Assembly (NCBI GenBank): GCA_965243125.1
Contig: OZ251529.1
Span: 2,578,797 to 2,642,796 of the forward strand
Source of the DNA: Dehalococcoidia bacterium
GTDB taxonomy: Bacteria > Chloroflexota > Dehalococcoidia > Bin125
Direction: 5' to 3'
Length of the DNA stretch: 64,000 nucleotides
In this document: in pieces, positions 9,897 to 19,720 of the stretch
How the letters are laid out: the number at the start of each line of letters is the position of its first letter
How positions within the stretch are numbered: the stretch's first letter is position 1
Program-made: the position numbers and the translations under genes
Notes under the pieces: generated by a model
The model's database searches: none
What the model saw: only the letters and a program-made list of their open reading frames with translations
What the model was told of the DNA's origin: nothing

Positions 9897-10006
9897 TCGC
9901 CGTGAACAGCACTACCGTTACGCCTGCCGCCCTCCCGTCAGAACCGCCTAGCGGCGGAAATGACAAGGTTATGAGAACCGAATGTAACGGGGGTAGGAGT
10001 GCGAGG

Positions 10007-11338
10007 TCAGGGCTTCCACGGCTCGTAGCGGAAAACAATCGGCAGCTGATTGATGTCGGTCACCCCCGCGTCGTGGCGATAGATCACGACCTTGCCGTGC
10101 CCACAGTCGCCGAACTCGTCGCAGCCGAGCGCGCCCGTCAGGCCGTCAAAGCGCTGGCGGTCGTAGAGCGCAGCGCGCAGCGCAGCGCGGCCAATGCGCA
10201 GCGCGCCGTCGTCCTCAACGGCGACCGCTTCGATCGCCGACAGCAGCAGCGCCGCCGCGTCGTATCCGTATGCCCACAGGTCGGACTCGGGCTCGCCGAA
10301 CCACTCGCGGTATTGGGCCAGAGCCTCCTCCATGCTCTTGCCCGTCGCCTCGTTGACGTTGCCGCCCAACTCGAACGCCGGACCGGCGGCGTAGACGCCG
10401 TCCGTCTCGGGGACCGAGAGAAACGCTTCGGTGAATGTGACGTCGCCGGTGACGAACACGGTCTGCTCGAAGGCGGCGTTCCGCCGCGCTCCGCGCATGA
10501 AATGCAGCGCGTCGTCGGGCTGGAGCGGGAAGAAGACGACATCCGGCGCGGTCTCGGCGAGCGCCTGCAAGGCCGCGGAGATGTCGGTCTCGCCGCGCGT
10601 GATCGTTTCCACCAGCAGCAGTTCGCCGCCCAGCGCCTCGAAGGCATCGCCGAACGCCGCCGTCAGCTCGGCGTGATAGGTATCATTGTCGCGGATCGCC
10701 GCCGCGCGCCGCAGACCGAGCTCGTAGAAAACGAAGTCCGCCAGCGCGAGCCCCTCGTTGAGATCGTTGTTGATCACGCGCAGGTAGCCCTCGTGGTGAT
10801 TCTCGCCGCGCACGCCGCGCAGGTCGGAGGTGAGCGAGGCCGCGGTGTTGGCGGGCGAAATCATGACCATCTCGGCGTCGCTGATCAGCAGCGCGGCCTC
10901 AATTGCCGCGCTGGAGCAGATCGTGCCGATCACGCCGATCAGGCGGGAGTCGGCAATCGCCTCGCGCGCCGCGTCCTGGCCCGCCGCCGCCGAGCAGCCG
11001 CTGTCGAGCGGCTCGGTGAGGACAACTGCGCGCCCGAAGATGTCGCCGTAGTCGGCGATCGCCAGCCGCACGCCGTCGGCCACCGTCCGGCTGAGCTCGG
11101 GCAGCTCGGAGAAGGCGAGCATCGCGCCGATGCGGATCGGCTCGTCTTCGGCGATTTCAACCACGCCCAGAGGGCCGTCCGGAGGGCCGGGTTGGAGGTC
11201 GGGATCGTCGCTGCAAGCGCCTGCGGCCAGCGCGAGGAGCGCGCAGAGGGCTGTTGCGGCGAGGCTGCGGGCGAGGTAGGGCACGTTGTGGTCTCCGATG
11301 CGCAGCGTACGCGGAGCTGCCCGCTCCGCAATCACCAT
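10007..11338 (-). CDS. ABC transporter substrate-binding lipoprotein, LivJ/branched-chain amino-acid type
   Basis: 443-aa ORF with lipobox LALAAGAC and Peripla_BP_6-like sequence (IRIGAMLAFS, VIGTICSSAA, MISPANT). An alternative in-frame GTG start at 11284 gives a cleaner signal peptide. Confidence 0.8.
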   Translation of the reverse strand: MVIAERAAPRTLRIGDHNVPYLARSLAATALCALLALAAGACSDDPDLQPGPPDGPLGVVEIAEDEPIRIGAMLAFSELPELSRTVADGVRLAIADYGDIFGRAVVLTEPLDSGCSAAAGQDAAREAIADSRLIGVIGTICSSAAIEAALLISDAEMVMISPANTAASLTSDLRGVRGENHHEGYLRVINNDLNEGLALADFVFYELGLRRAAAIRDNDTYHAELTAAFGDAFEALGGELLLVETITRGETDISAALQALAETAPDVVFFPLQPDDALHFMRGARRNAAFEQTVFVTGDVTFTEAFLSVPETDGVYAAGPAFELGGNVNEATGKSMEEALAQYREWFGEPESDLWAYGYDAAALLLSAIEAVAVEDDGALRIGRAALRAALYDRQRFDGLTGALGCDEFGDCGHGKVVIYRHDAGVTDINQLPIVFRYEPWKP

Positions 11339-11415
11339 CCTGCGTAGGGGGCGATTCCGGAGCGGACAGCCCTCCCCTCAATCCCCCCACGATGGGGAGA
11401 GAGGTCGGAAGGGGC
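11339..11415. repeat. Mosaic GC-rich hairpin repeat (family 2), short copy
   Basis: Reads ctgcgtagggggcgattccggagcggacag...cccctcaatccccccacgatggggagagaggtcgg. Confidence 0.8.
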
Positions 11416-11463
11416 CGGGGCGGGTAGAATGTGGGGAGCGGCTGCTAGCTGGGGGAGCGGACC

Positions 11464-11868
11464 ATGTCGGACAAGCTTGAGCGCGATGTCGAAGAGGTGC
11501 TGGCGGGGATCGAGGATTTCGACTGGCGGCGGCGCGAGCGTCGGCCGGGGCCGTTTCGGCGGGCGATGCAGCGCTTCGCCCGCAAGTTGAGCGAGCGTTC
11601 CGCTCGTCTCAGCGCCGGGCACCTGATGCTGCTCGGCTCGCTGCTGGTGATCGTGGGCTTCGTGCTGCGCGGCAACTCGCTGGGGATGTGGGCGGTGATT
11701 CTGGGGGTGGTGCTGTTCTTGATCGGGATTGTCTGGTCGGCGCGGGGCGGGGGCGGTCGGAAGAGCGAGCCGACCACGCGGGGCGGCTACTGGCGCGATC
11801 GCTACATCTCCTACGACGAGCCGCCCGGCAATCCGCTCGCGCGCTGGTTCCGTCGGCGCGACCGCTAG
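11464..11868 (+). CDS. Hypothetical small membrane protein
   Basis: 134-aa ORF with an acidic N-terminus and two adjacent hydrophobic helices (LMLLGSLLVIVGFVL, WAVILGVVLFLIGIVW). Composition is non-shadow-like. Confidence 0.55.
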   Translation: MSDKLERDVEEVLAGIEDFDWRRRERRPGPFRRAMQRFARKLSERSARLSAGHLMLLGSLLVIVGFVLRGNSLGMWAVILGVVLFLIGIVWSARGGGGRKSEPTTRGGYWRDRYISYDEPPGNPLARWFRRRDR

Positions 11869-11873
11869 CTGCG

Positions 11874-13385
11874 ATGTCGGCCCGCCGAGGCGTGGGCTGG
11901 CTGGGAGCGCTGGCAGCGAGCGTGGCGCTTGCGCTGCTCGTCGCCTGCAGCGGCGAACGGATCGCAGAGGTAGCGGAGCAGGAAGCGCAGCCTGCCGCGG
12001 CAGATCAAACCGAAGCGGCGGAAAAAGGGCAATCTCGCGCCGCGACGGCTCAATCCGGGCAGGATCAACCGCAACCGTCCGGCGAGTCGTCAGGTGCGGA
12101 CGACGCGCAAGCGGGGGCGCGGCAAGAGGCGGGAAGCGACGCGCCGCGCGGTCAGCCGGCGGGGACGGCGCTGAGACCGGAGCCGATCGACGCGGACTAC
12201 GCGATGGAGATGCTGCGGGCGATTGCGGAAGGGATTGGGGGGCGCTTCAACGGGCAGCCGGGCGAGCGGGCGATGATCGAGTTCATGGCGGAGGCGCTGC
12301 GCGGCGAGGGATATGAGACGGCGATTGAGCCGTTCGAGTTTGTGTCGCTCGACCAGAGCCACCAGGTCAGCATCAGTTCGGTATCCGCTGGCATCGGCTT
12401 GGTCACTTCTTTCCCGGCATTCTTGATGGAGGGCAGCCCGGACGTACCGGCGTCGGGACCGATCGTGTCGGTGCCCGGTATCGGGACGACGGACGATTTC
12501 GCTTTGGTCGATGTGGAAGGGGCGATCGCAGTGGTGGCTCGCGGAGAGTTGACGTTCAGCGAGAAGCAGCGCAACGCGGAGGCGGCCGGCGCGGTGGCGC
12601 TGCTGATCGTTAATCTCGGCGGCGCGGCCTTCGCCGGGACGCTGACCGAGCCGGGCGAGATACCCGTCTTCGCGGTACCGGATCAGTTCGCCGAACAGCT
12701 GCGTCCCAACGGAGACGCGACGGCGACGATCCGGCAACCGGTGGAAGGCGAGTTCCTGGAGTCCTGGAATGTGGTCGCGCGGCGGGCGGGCGGAGTCTGC
12801 CGAGTGGTGGTGGGCGGGCACTACGACTCAGTGCCGAATGTGCAGGGGGCGAACGACAACGCGAGCGGCATCGCGGTGACGCTGGCGCTGGCGCGAGCCT
12901 GGGCGGGCGCGGCGAGCGCCGCCGATGTCTGCTTCGTCGGCTTCGGCGCGGAGGAGTTGGGGTTGCACGGCTCGCAGGCGTTCGTGGAAGCGGTGCGCGA
13001 GTCGGGCGAACTGGCGGAGATCACGGCAATGCTGAACCTCGACGCCTTCGGCAACGGAGAGCGTCCGATCATCGGCGTGGGCAGCGAGGATCTGACCGAG
13101 CTGTTCGAACGCCTCGGCGAGCAACTGGGCATCGAGGTCGAATCAGGAGAGGGCAATCCGGGGCAGGGTTCGGACCACGCAGCGTTCTACCAGGCCGGCG
13201 TGCCCGTGATCTTCCCCATTACGCGGGGCGGGATCCTGCATGTGCCGGCGGACAACATGGACAACATCGACGCAACGCTGGTGCGCGATGTGGGGCTGCT
13301 GGCGCAGGCGATGCTGGAATGTCTGCTCGAACGCGCGGGCTCGCAGATCGAACCGCGCCTTTCGTGCGATGCTGAGGTGCAATGA
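11874..13385 (+). CDS. M28 family metallo-aminopeptidase with PA domain (lipoprotein)
   Basis: Start set at ATG 11874 (MSARRGVGWLGALAASVALALLVACSG, lipobox). M28 motifs seen: GGHYDSV, NDNASGIA, FGAEELGLHGS, GSDHAAF. Confidence 0.85.
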   Translation: MSARRGVGWLGALAASVALALLVACSGERIAEVAEQEAQPAAADQTEAAEKGQSRAATAQSGQDQPQPSGESSGADDAQAGARQEAGSDAPRGQPAGTALRPEPIDADYAMEMLRAIAEGIGGRFNGQPGERAMIEFMAEALRGEGYETAIEPFEFVSLDQSHQVSISSVSAGIGLVTSFPAFLMEGSPDVPASGPIVSVPGIGTTDDFALVDVEGAIAVVARGELTFSEKQRNAEAAGAVALLIVNLGGAAFAGTLTEPGEIPVFAVPDQFAEQLRPNGDATATIRQPVEGEFLESWNVVARRAGGVCRVVVGGHYDSVPNVQGANDNASGIAVTLALARAWAGAASAADVCFVGFGAEELGLHGSQAFVEAVRESGELAEITAMLNLDAFGNGERPIIGVGSEDLTELFERLGEQLGIEVESGEGNPGQGSDHAAFYQAGVPVIFPITRGGILHVPADNMDNIDATLVRDVGLLAQAMLECLLERAGSQIEPRLSCDAEVQ

Positions 13386-14041
13386 GACGCGCAATGATCA
13401 TCCTCGGCATCCTGCTAACCGCCGCGCTTGCCCTGCTGGCGGTGGGCTGCGGCGGCGCGTCCGCGCCGGCGGCGGAGGTCGCTGCGGAGCCCGCGCCGAT
13501 GTCGTCCGACGGGCAGGTGATCCCGGTGGAAGCGCTGCCCGATCCGCTGCCGGAGCCGTACATCTTCCGCGACACCGCGGCGGTTGAGCGGGAGATGCCG
13601 ACCGAGACGATTTACGTCGTGCTGCCGGGCGACACGCTGGCGGGCATCGCAGCGGGCTACTGCATCACGGTGGAGGAGATTCAGCGGCTGAACAACATTG
13701 TGGACGCGGCGTCGCTGGGGATCGGCGACGAGCTGCGCATCCCGCTGAGGGAAGGTTCGTGCGGCGTGGCCGCGCCGCAGGACTCCTCGGGGGCAAGCGA
13801 CGGCGACGCGCAGCCGACCGGGCCGCAGCGTCCGCCGGGCGAGGTGTACGTGGTGGAGCCGGGCGACACGCTGGTGGAGATCGCGGAGGCGTTCGGTTTC
13901 GGCTGGCGGGACATTGCGGACTACAACAATCTGTCCGACGCGCAGGCGGGCGCGCTGCAGGTTGGGCAGGAGTTGATTATTCCGCCGGCGTCGGCGCTGC
14001 CGGCGGAAGAGGAGGCGGAGCGGGCGGAGCCGCCGGGGTAA
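13382..14041 (+). CDS. LysM domain protein (two LysM repeats), lipoprotein signal
   Basis: It has a LAVGCGG lipobox and two LysM units (YVVLPGDTLAGIAAGY...LRIP and YVVEPGDTLVEIAEAF...LIIP). ATGA overlap with the upstream gene. Confidence 0.85.
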   Translation: MRRAMIILGILLTAALALLAVGCGGASAPAAEVAAEPAPMSSDGQVIPVEALPDPLPEPYIFRDTAAVEREMPTETIYVVLPGDTLAGIAAGYCITVEEIQRLNNIVDAASLGIGDELRIPLREGSCGVAAPQDSSGASDGDAQPTGPQRPPGEVYVVEPGDTLVEIAEAFGFGWRDIADYNNLSDAQAGALQVGQELIIPPASALPAEEEAERAEPPG

Positions 14042-14049
14042 GGGAGTAA

Positions 14050-14103
14050 TTCGGAAGCCCCCCTCTCAATCTCCCCCCACGATGGGGGGAGAGGCCGGAA
14101 GCG
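14050..14103. repeat. Family 2 repeat, single C6-loop-G6 hairpin module
   Basis: Reads cccctctcaatctccccccacgatggggggagaggccggaag. Confidence 0.8.
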
Positions 14104-14139
14104 CCGCCCTTGCCGCTGAAAGAGCGTAGGCTCACAACC

Positions 14140-16386
14140 ATGAGCATAAAAACTGGGCGCGCTTGGTCCGAAGACCCGCTGGGGGAATCGCTCACCCACG
14201 CGCGCGTCTCCGTGGACGGCGGCGACTCGCTGCTGGTGGGGCGCTCAGGGGCGCTGCGCGCGCGCGGCGGGTTGGACGGGGTGTTATTGGCGGCGCTGCG
14301 GGACCGCGTGGTGTCGGCAGAGGCCGAGCTGGGCGAGCCGGCCCAGTTGCGCTGGCGCGTCGGCCAGGATGCAGCGCTCGCGGTGGAAGATGTCGGGCCG
14401 ATTGAAGCGCCGCTGCCGTGGTCGGCGATGGAGGCGCAGGGCGCGGATCAGTGGGGCTGGGAGGGTCTGGGCGAGCACGCGGAGGATCAGTGGTCGCGGG
14501 CCAACGCGGGCGAGGTGTTTCCGGGAGTGATGACGCCGCTGACGTGGTCGCTGACGGGCGCGGCGCTGGATCGGGGTTTTGCGACGCCGTGGGGTCGGAT
14601 GGCGCGGGGCCGTCGGTTCGTGGCGCTGTTCGATGGCTACGTCTATTTCAATTTCGGGCTGATCCTGGAGTTGCTGGGCAATCGCGTGGGAATGCGCACG
14701 GCGGATTTTTTGCAGGCGGTAGGGGGGCCGGAGGCGCAGTCGGATGCTGCCCTCTCCGAAATCGCCTCTCCGGAATCGCCCCCCTTGCAGGAAACCGCCC
14801 CATCCGAATCGCCCCCCTATGCAGGGGGGCCGCCGCGCGGCGCGGCGGGGGGGTCGGAACGGACTCTGTCCTCTGCTCGGGGCGCCGGACCGACCCCCCA
14901 GTCTGCTTCGCAGACAGCCCCCCTGCATGGGGGGGCGATTTCAGAGCCGAAGCCCCTGCGTGGGGGGGCGATTTCGGACCGCCCCAACTATTGGCGGCTG
15001 TTCGTTAACCTGCCGTTTCTGACCTGGCGGGCGGCGGTGCAGCGCTGGTTGCCGCTGCGCTGGCCGCGCGAGCGGGCGGCGGCGGCGCGCGAGCGGGCGC
15101 GGTTGCGGGCGGTCGGCGCGGACGCTTCGGATGGGGAGATGTTGCGCGCGCTGCGCGGCTCGGCCCAGTTCTCCTCCGATTTCGTCGTGTTTCTGATGCA
15201 GTGCCAGACGGCCGCTTTCGGGCAGGTGCAGTTCCTGCTCTGGCTCTCGGAGGCCTGGGTGGGCGACCGCGCGCTGGCGCTGCGTCTGCTCCAGGGGCTG
15301 CCCAATGTGCTCACGGCGGAGAGCAACCTCGAGCTGTGGCGGCTGGCCGAGCGCGCCGCGCAGGACGCGCCGGCGGCGGCCGTGATCGCCGCGACGCCGG
15401 CCGAGGAGCTGTTGGCGGCGCTTGAGGCGGAGGCTGGCGCGGCCTGGCTGGCCGACGAGTTGCGCTCGTTTCTGGCCGAGCACGGGCACCGCACGACGGC
15501 GGAGCTGGAGCTCTCGACGCCGCGCTGGTCGGAAGAGCCGGCGCCGCTGTTGGGGACCTTCCGCGATTACGCGCTGCACCCGCAACAGACGAGTCTGGAG
15601 CGGCTGCACGCGCGGCAGGTCGCGGATCGCCAGGCGGCGGAGGCGCAGGCGCGGCGCGCGCTGACCGCGCACCCCGTCGAACGCTGGCTGCCCGCCCGCT
15701 GGCTGTTCTATCTGCTGGTCGTGCGCGACGCGCAGGCGCTCCAGCCGTTGCGCGAGAATCCGAAGTACATGCTGATGCAGATCAGCCTCGAACAGCGGCG
15801 GCTCTACCTGCTGCTGGGCGAGCGCTGGCGCGCGTGCGGCGCGCTCGACGCGGCGGATGATGTTTTCTGGCTGCTGGGCGGGGAGGCGCTGACACTGGCG
15901 CGGCAGATCGACGACGCGGCGGTGCGCGGTCGGGTGCGCAGCCGGATGCGGCGTCGGCGTCGGCAGTACGAGCAGTGGATGTCGCAAACGCCGCCGCCGA
16001 TCCGCGATCGTCGCGGCGCGCCGCTGGCGTCGGCGCTGGCAGCGGCCGCCGCGCCGGTTGCGGAGTCGGGTCCGCTGCGCGGCATCGCCGCCTCCGCGGG
16101 CGTCGCGCACGGTCGCGCACGAGTGGCGACCTCGCCGGCCGAAGGCCGCGAGCTGATCGCCGGCGAGGTGCTGGTCGCGCGTTTCACGGATCCGGGCTGG
16201 ACGCCGATTTTCCCCTTGGCGTCGGCGGTGGTCACGGAGATCGGGGGGATGCTCTCGCACGGCGCGGTGGTCGCGCGGGAATACGGCATTCCAGCCGTAG
16301 TCAACGTGCGCGGCGCAACGACGCGCATCCAAACGGGCGATCTGTTGGAGGTGGACGGCTCGGCGGGCGTGGTGCGGGTGTTGTAG
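14140..16386 (+). CDS. PEP-utilising enzyme family protein (PEP/pyruvate-binding N-domain plus C-terminal mobile His domain), carrying an in-frame repeat insertion
   Basis: The C-terminus GIAASAGVAHGRARV...ARFTDPGWTPIFPLASAVVTEIGGMLSHGAVVAREYGIPAV is the PEP-utilising mobile domain. The N-terminus NAGEVFPGVMTPLTWS is typical of this family. I prefer ATG 14140, because the track start 14110 is a TTG inside a repeat. Confidence 0.8.
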   Translation: MSIKTGRAWSEDPLGESLTHARVSVDGGDSLLVGRSGALRARGGLDGVLLAALRDRVVSAEAELGEPAQLRWRVGQDAALAVEDVGPIEAPLPWSAMEAQGADQWGWEGLGEHAEDQWSRANAGEVFPGVMTPLTWSLTGAALDRGFATPWGRMARGRRFVALFDGYVYFNFGLILELLGNRVGMRTADFLQAVGGPEAQSDAALSEIASPESPPLQETAPSESPPYAGGPPRGAAGGSERTLSSARGAGPTPQSASQTAPLHGGAISEPKPLRGGAISDRPNYWRLFVNLPFLTWRAAVQRWLPLRWPRERAAAARERARLRAVGADASDGEMLRALRGSAQFSSDFVVFLMQCQTAAFGQVQFLLWLSEAWVGDRALALRLLQGLPNVLTAESNLELWRLAERAAQDAPAAAVIAATPAEELLAALEAEAGAAWLADELRSFLAEHGHRTTAELELSTPRWSEEPAPLLGTFRDYALHPQQTSLERLHARQVADRQAAEAQARRALTAHPVERWLPARWLFYLLVVRDAQALQPLRENPKYMLMQISLEQRRLYLLLGERWRACGALDAADDVFWLLGGEALTLARQIDDAAVRGRVRSRMRRRRRQYEQWMSQTPPPIRDRRGAPLASALAAAAAPVAESGPLRGIAASAGVAHGRARVATSPAEGRELIAGEVLVARFTDPGWTPIFPLASAVVTEIGGMLSHGAVVAREYGIPAVVNVRGATTRIQTGDLLEVDGSAGVVRVL
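14752..14982. repeat. Family 2 mosaic repeat lying inside the PEP-utilising enzyme CDS, in frame
   Basis: Contains ccgaaatcgcc, cccctatgcagggggg, ggcgccggaccgaccccccagtctgcttcgcagacagcccccctgcatggggggg and gcgatttc modules identical to intergenic copies. Boundaries are approximate. Confidence 0.85.
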
Positions 16387-16396
16387 GGCTGCCGCC

Positions 16397-16576
16397 TTCC
16401 GGAAGCGCCCCCTCTGGAATCGCCCCCTCATCACGGGCGCTTTTCTGACTGCCCCCCATCGTGGACGCCCATCAAACCGCCCCCCATCGTGGGGGCTACG
16501 GGGGGGGTTCCGCCAACGCGCCCGCCGCCGCGCCCCCCTCTCAATCTCCCCCCGCAACGGGGGGAGAAGCCGGAAA
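16397..16576. repeat. Mosaic GC-rich hairpin repeat (family 2)
   Basis: Lies between convergent genes. Modules seen: ggaatcgccccct, ccccccatcgtgggggctacgggggg, cccctctcaatctccccccgcaacggggggagaagccgg. Confidence 0.85.
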
Positions 16577-16581
16577 GAAGC

Positions 16582-17502
16582 TCAGGCGAGCGGGGGTGAG
16601 GGGCCCAGCAGCGGGCGCTGGCGGGCGTCGGCGGCCAGGGCGATGTAGCTCCAGGGGGCGATCAGGGCGGCGTCCATGCCGCGCAGCGCGATGGTGGCGG
16701 TTTCGGTTTCGAGCTGGGGCACCAGCGCGAGCAGGACCTGGATGGCGAATTCGGCGTCGGGCGGGAGGGCGGCGGCGCTTGCTCTGAGGCCGCGGCGGAT
16801 TTGTTTGCGCACGGCGCGCCCGTCAAGCACGGCGTCGGGCGCGGCGGCGAGTACGATCGGTTCTTCGAGACCGGGGACGCGCTGAATGCTCCAGGTGTCC
16901 TCGGAATCGACGCTGGTCGTCGTCCCCTCCTTGCGCAGCCCGTTGGCGACGAGCACCAGGAAGTCGATCAGTTGGGTGACGCGCTCCTGGTCGTCGGGCA
17001 GGCGGTGGAGCGCGCTGCTGTCGAGCTGGTACTCGCCCATCACCTGCCCGGTGAAGCGCGCCCAGTGCTGCGAGAGGCCGCCGAGCACGCTCATGTAGGA
17101 GCCGTCGCCGCCGGTCTTGCGGATGCCGAGTTGGATGGGGAAGGCGACCTCGCCGCGCGCGCCGTCGGGTAAGTCGGCGGCGGCCTCCATAATCCGCGCG
17201 GCTGCGGCGTCGGGATCGTCGGGCAGCGCGGCATTGGGCGGCGTCCAGAGCGCGAGGTCGCGCGCACCGTAGGCGTGCAGGCGCTCTTCAAGGGCAGCCT
17301 TGCGGCGCATCGTCTCGCCGTCGGCCTCAAGCGGGTAGAGCGGCGCGACGCAGATCACGCCCGCGCGCCCGCCGGCGCGGCAGCGGGCGTAGGCCGCGTC
17401 GTCGTCGGGCGGCTCGTGGCTGATCTCGATGTCGTGGTTTCGGCGCAGCGCGTCAACGGCGAGTTGCGCGCCGATCCAGATGAGCTGTCGGCTGGGCTGC
17501 AT
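16582..17502 (-). CDS. Hypothetical protein (306 aa), last gene of the two-component operon
   Basis: Part of ORF 16582..17766. Start set at ATG 17502 (MQPSRQLIWIGAQL), just downstream of the kinase stop at 17528. Composition is balanced and I recognise no motif. Confidence 0.6.
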   Translation of the reverse strand: MQPSRQLIWIGAQLAVDALRRNHDIEISHEPPDDDAAYARCRAGGRAGVICVAPLYPLEADGETMRRKAALEERLHAYGARDLALWTPPNAALPDDPDAAAARIMEAAADLPDGARGEVAFPIQLGIRKTGGDGSYMSVLGGLSQHWARFTGQVMGEYQLDSSALHRLPDDQERVTQLIDFLVLVANGLRKEGTTTSVDSEDTWSIQRVPGLEEPIVLAAAPDAVLDGRAVRKQIRRGLRASAAALPPDAEFAIQVLLALVPQLETETATIALRGMDAALIAPWSYIALAADARQRPLLGPSPPLA

Positions 17503-17527
17503 GCAAGGAGGATAGAGGGCGATCCAC

Positions 17528-18979
17528 TCACACAGCCGGTCCCGCAATGGGCAAGCGGATGCGGATCGTCGCGCCCTCGCCGAGGCGGCTTGCGGCGCTG
17601 ATCTCGCCGCCGTGCGCGCGGACGATCTCGCGGCTGATCGCCAGCCCCAACCCCGCGCCGGGACCGCTGCGGTCGGGCGACTGGTAGAAGCGGTCGAAGA
17701 GGTGCGGCAGCCGCTCGGCGGCGATGCCCTCGCCGCTGTCTTCAACCTCCAGCAAGAGCACGTCACTGTCGCGGCGGGCGCGCAGCTCGATCAGCCCGGC
17801 CTCGGTGTGGCGCAGCGCGTTGTCGGCCAGGTTGGAGAGCACCTGCACGAGACGATCGTGGTCGGCGCGGATGGCGGGCGCGTCGGGCGCGACGACGCTG
17901 CGCAGGCGCAAGCCCTTGTCTTCGGCGCGGGGCTCGAACAACTCCTCCACGTGGTGCAGCAGCTCGGCGGGCGCGACATCGGAGAGTTCGAGCCGCTCCT
18001 GGCCCGATTCGAGCCGCGAGAGGTCGAGCATCTGCTCGACCATCCGCAGCATCCGCCGCGTCTCCTGCTGGATCACGCCCAGCGCGTGCTGCTGGCGTTC
18101 GGGCGAGGCGACCGCACCCTCCTGAAGCGCGCCGGCGAAGCCGCGGATCGAGGTCAGCGGGGTGCGCAGCTCGTGGCTGATGTCGGCGATGAAGCCGCGC
18201 ATCGCGCGCTCGTTGTCGGCGACGCGCTGCGCCATGCGGTTGAAGGCGGCAGCCAGCTCGCGCACCTGGCGCGGGCCGCGCTCGGTGGCGCGCGCCTCGT
18301 AGCCGCCGGGCCCAAACTGCGCGACCACGCCCATCAGATCGCGCAGCGGACGCATCAGCGAGCGAGAGAGCACGATCGCCAGCAGCGACGCAGCCACAAT
18401 GCCGGCCAGCGCGGAGAGCAGCAGCCGCGCGACCAGGTCGGCGTCGGCGGCGGAGACGCGGTCTTCGGCGAAGGTCACGGCGAGCAGCACGGCCCGTTCC
18501 TTGCCGGAGCGATCGGTGTAGACCGCGAGCACGCGGCTCATCACGTCCTGGCGATGCTCGCCGATGCCGAGCTCGGAGCGGTACCAGCCGTCGCGCTCGC
18601 CGTGCTCGACGATCTCTTTCCAGGTCACGGGGAAGATCAGGCCGCGCACGTTGCCGCCGGCGTCGAAGCCTTCGAGCACGCGCCCGACGGCGTTGAGCAG
18701 CAGGACGGTGGTTTCGGTGTCTTCGGCGTGGTTGCGGATGCGCTCGGCGAGTTCGTCGGATGGCAGGCCGCGCTCGACGCCGCGGCTGATGTCGACGGCG
18801 ATGGCGGTGGCGACGGAGCGCAGTTCCTGGCGGTCGACCGACTCACGGTAGCCGCCGAGCAGCCCGGCGAAGACGGTCGCGCCGACGCCGAGGGTGAGGA
18901 TGACGACGAGCAGAAAACCGAGGAAGAGGCGCAGGCCGAAGCCGGCCCCGCGAACGTGATCGATGAGCCGTCGGAACAC
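17528..18979 (-). CDS. Sensor histidine kinase (TM-sensor-TM-HAMP-HisKA-HATPase)
   Basis: It has the H-box ISHELRTPLTSI, an N-box region LSNLADNALRHT, and G-boxes DSGEGI and GAGLGLAISREIV, with two TM helices flanking a roughly 150-aa extracytoplasmic segment. Confidence 0.92.
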   Translation of the reverse strand: MFRRLIDHVRGAGFGLRLFLGFLLVVILTLGVGATVFAGLLGGYRESVDRQELRSVATAIAVDISRGVERGLPSDELAERIRNHAEDTETTVLLLNAVGRVLEGFDAGGNVRGLIFPVTWKEIVEHGERDGWYRSELGIGEHRQDVMSRVLAVYTDRSGKERAVLLAVTFAEDRVSAADADLVARLLLSALAGIVAASLLAIVLSRSLMRPLRDLMGVVAQFGPGGYEARATERGPRQVRELAAAFNRMAQRVADNERAMRGFIADISHELRTPLTSIRGFAGALQEGAVASPERQQHALGVIQQETRRMLRMVEQMLDLSRLESGQERLELSDVAPAELLHHVEELFEPRAEDKGLRLRSVVAPDAPAIRADHDRLVQVLSNLADNALRHTEAGLIELRARRDSDVLLLEVEDSGEGIAAERLPHLFDRFYQSPDRSGPGAGLGLAISREIVRAHGGEISAASRLGEGATIRIRLPIAGPAV

Positions 18980-18994
18980 GGCGCCGCGCCCTGC

Positions 18995-19681
18995 TCAGCC
19001 GCCGGGCTGCGTCTGCACGAGCTTGTAGCCCACGCCGCGCACGGTCTCGATGGCGATCGCGCCGGAGGTCAGCTTGCGCCGCAGCTGGTTGACATGCACA
19101 TCCACCGTCCGCGTCTCGCCGAAGTAGTCGTAGCCCCAGACGGTCTCCAGCAACTGCTCGCGGCTGAGCACGATCCCTTCGTGCTCGGCCAGGCGGCGCA
19201 GCAGGTCGAACTCCTTGTTGCGCAGCTGCAGCGGCTCGCCGTCGAGCGTCGCCTCATGCCGCTGCCAGTCGATCTTGAGCGGACCGACGACCACGCCCGC
19301 TCGCTCGCTCGCGGGCGCGCCGCCGGCGCGCCGCAGGATCGCCTTCACCCGCGCGGTCAGCTCGCGCGGGTGAAACGGCTTGCCGAGGTAGTCGTCGGCG
19401 CCCAACTCCAGCCCCACGATCCGGTCCACATCCTCGCCGCGCGCCGTGAGCATCAGGATCGGAATGTCGGAGTCGCGCCGCAGTTCGCGGCAGACTTCGT
19501 AGCCGGAGCGCTTGGGCATCATCAGATCGAGCACAATCAGGTCGGGAGACTGCGCGCGGGCGGCGGCGAGCGCCTGCTCGCCGTCGCCCGCCGTGATCAC
19601 GCGAAAACCCTCGCGCTCCAGGTAGAGCGTGAGGAGCTCGCGGATGGGTTCCTCATCGTCGGCGATCAGGATCGTTTCCAT
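18995..19681 (-). CDS. OmpR/PhoB-family response regulator
   Basis: It has the receiver motif DLIVLDLMMP and a winged-helix C-terminus with TVRGVGYKL. Confidence 0.93.
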   Translation of the reverse strand: METILIADDEEPIRELLTLYLEREGFRVITAGDGEQALAAARAQSPDLIVLDLMMPKRSGYEVCRELRRDSDIPILMLTARGEDVDRIVGLELGADDYLGKPFHPRELTARVKAILRRAGGAPASERAGVVVGPLKIDWQRHEATLDGEPLQLRNKEFDLLRRLAEHEGIVLSREQLLETVWGYDYFGETRTVDVHVNQLRRKLTSGAIAIETVRGVGYKLVQTQPGG

Positions 19682-19720
19682 CGCGAGCTCCTCCCGTGTT
19701 CGCGTCGCGCCAGCGGTGGC

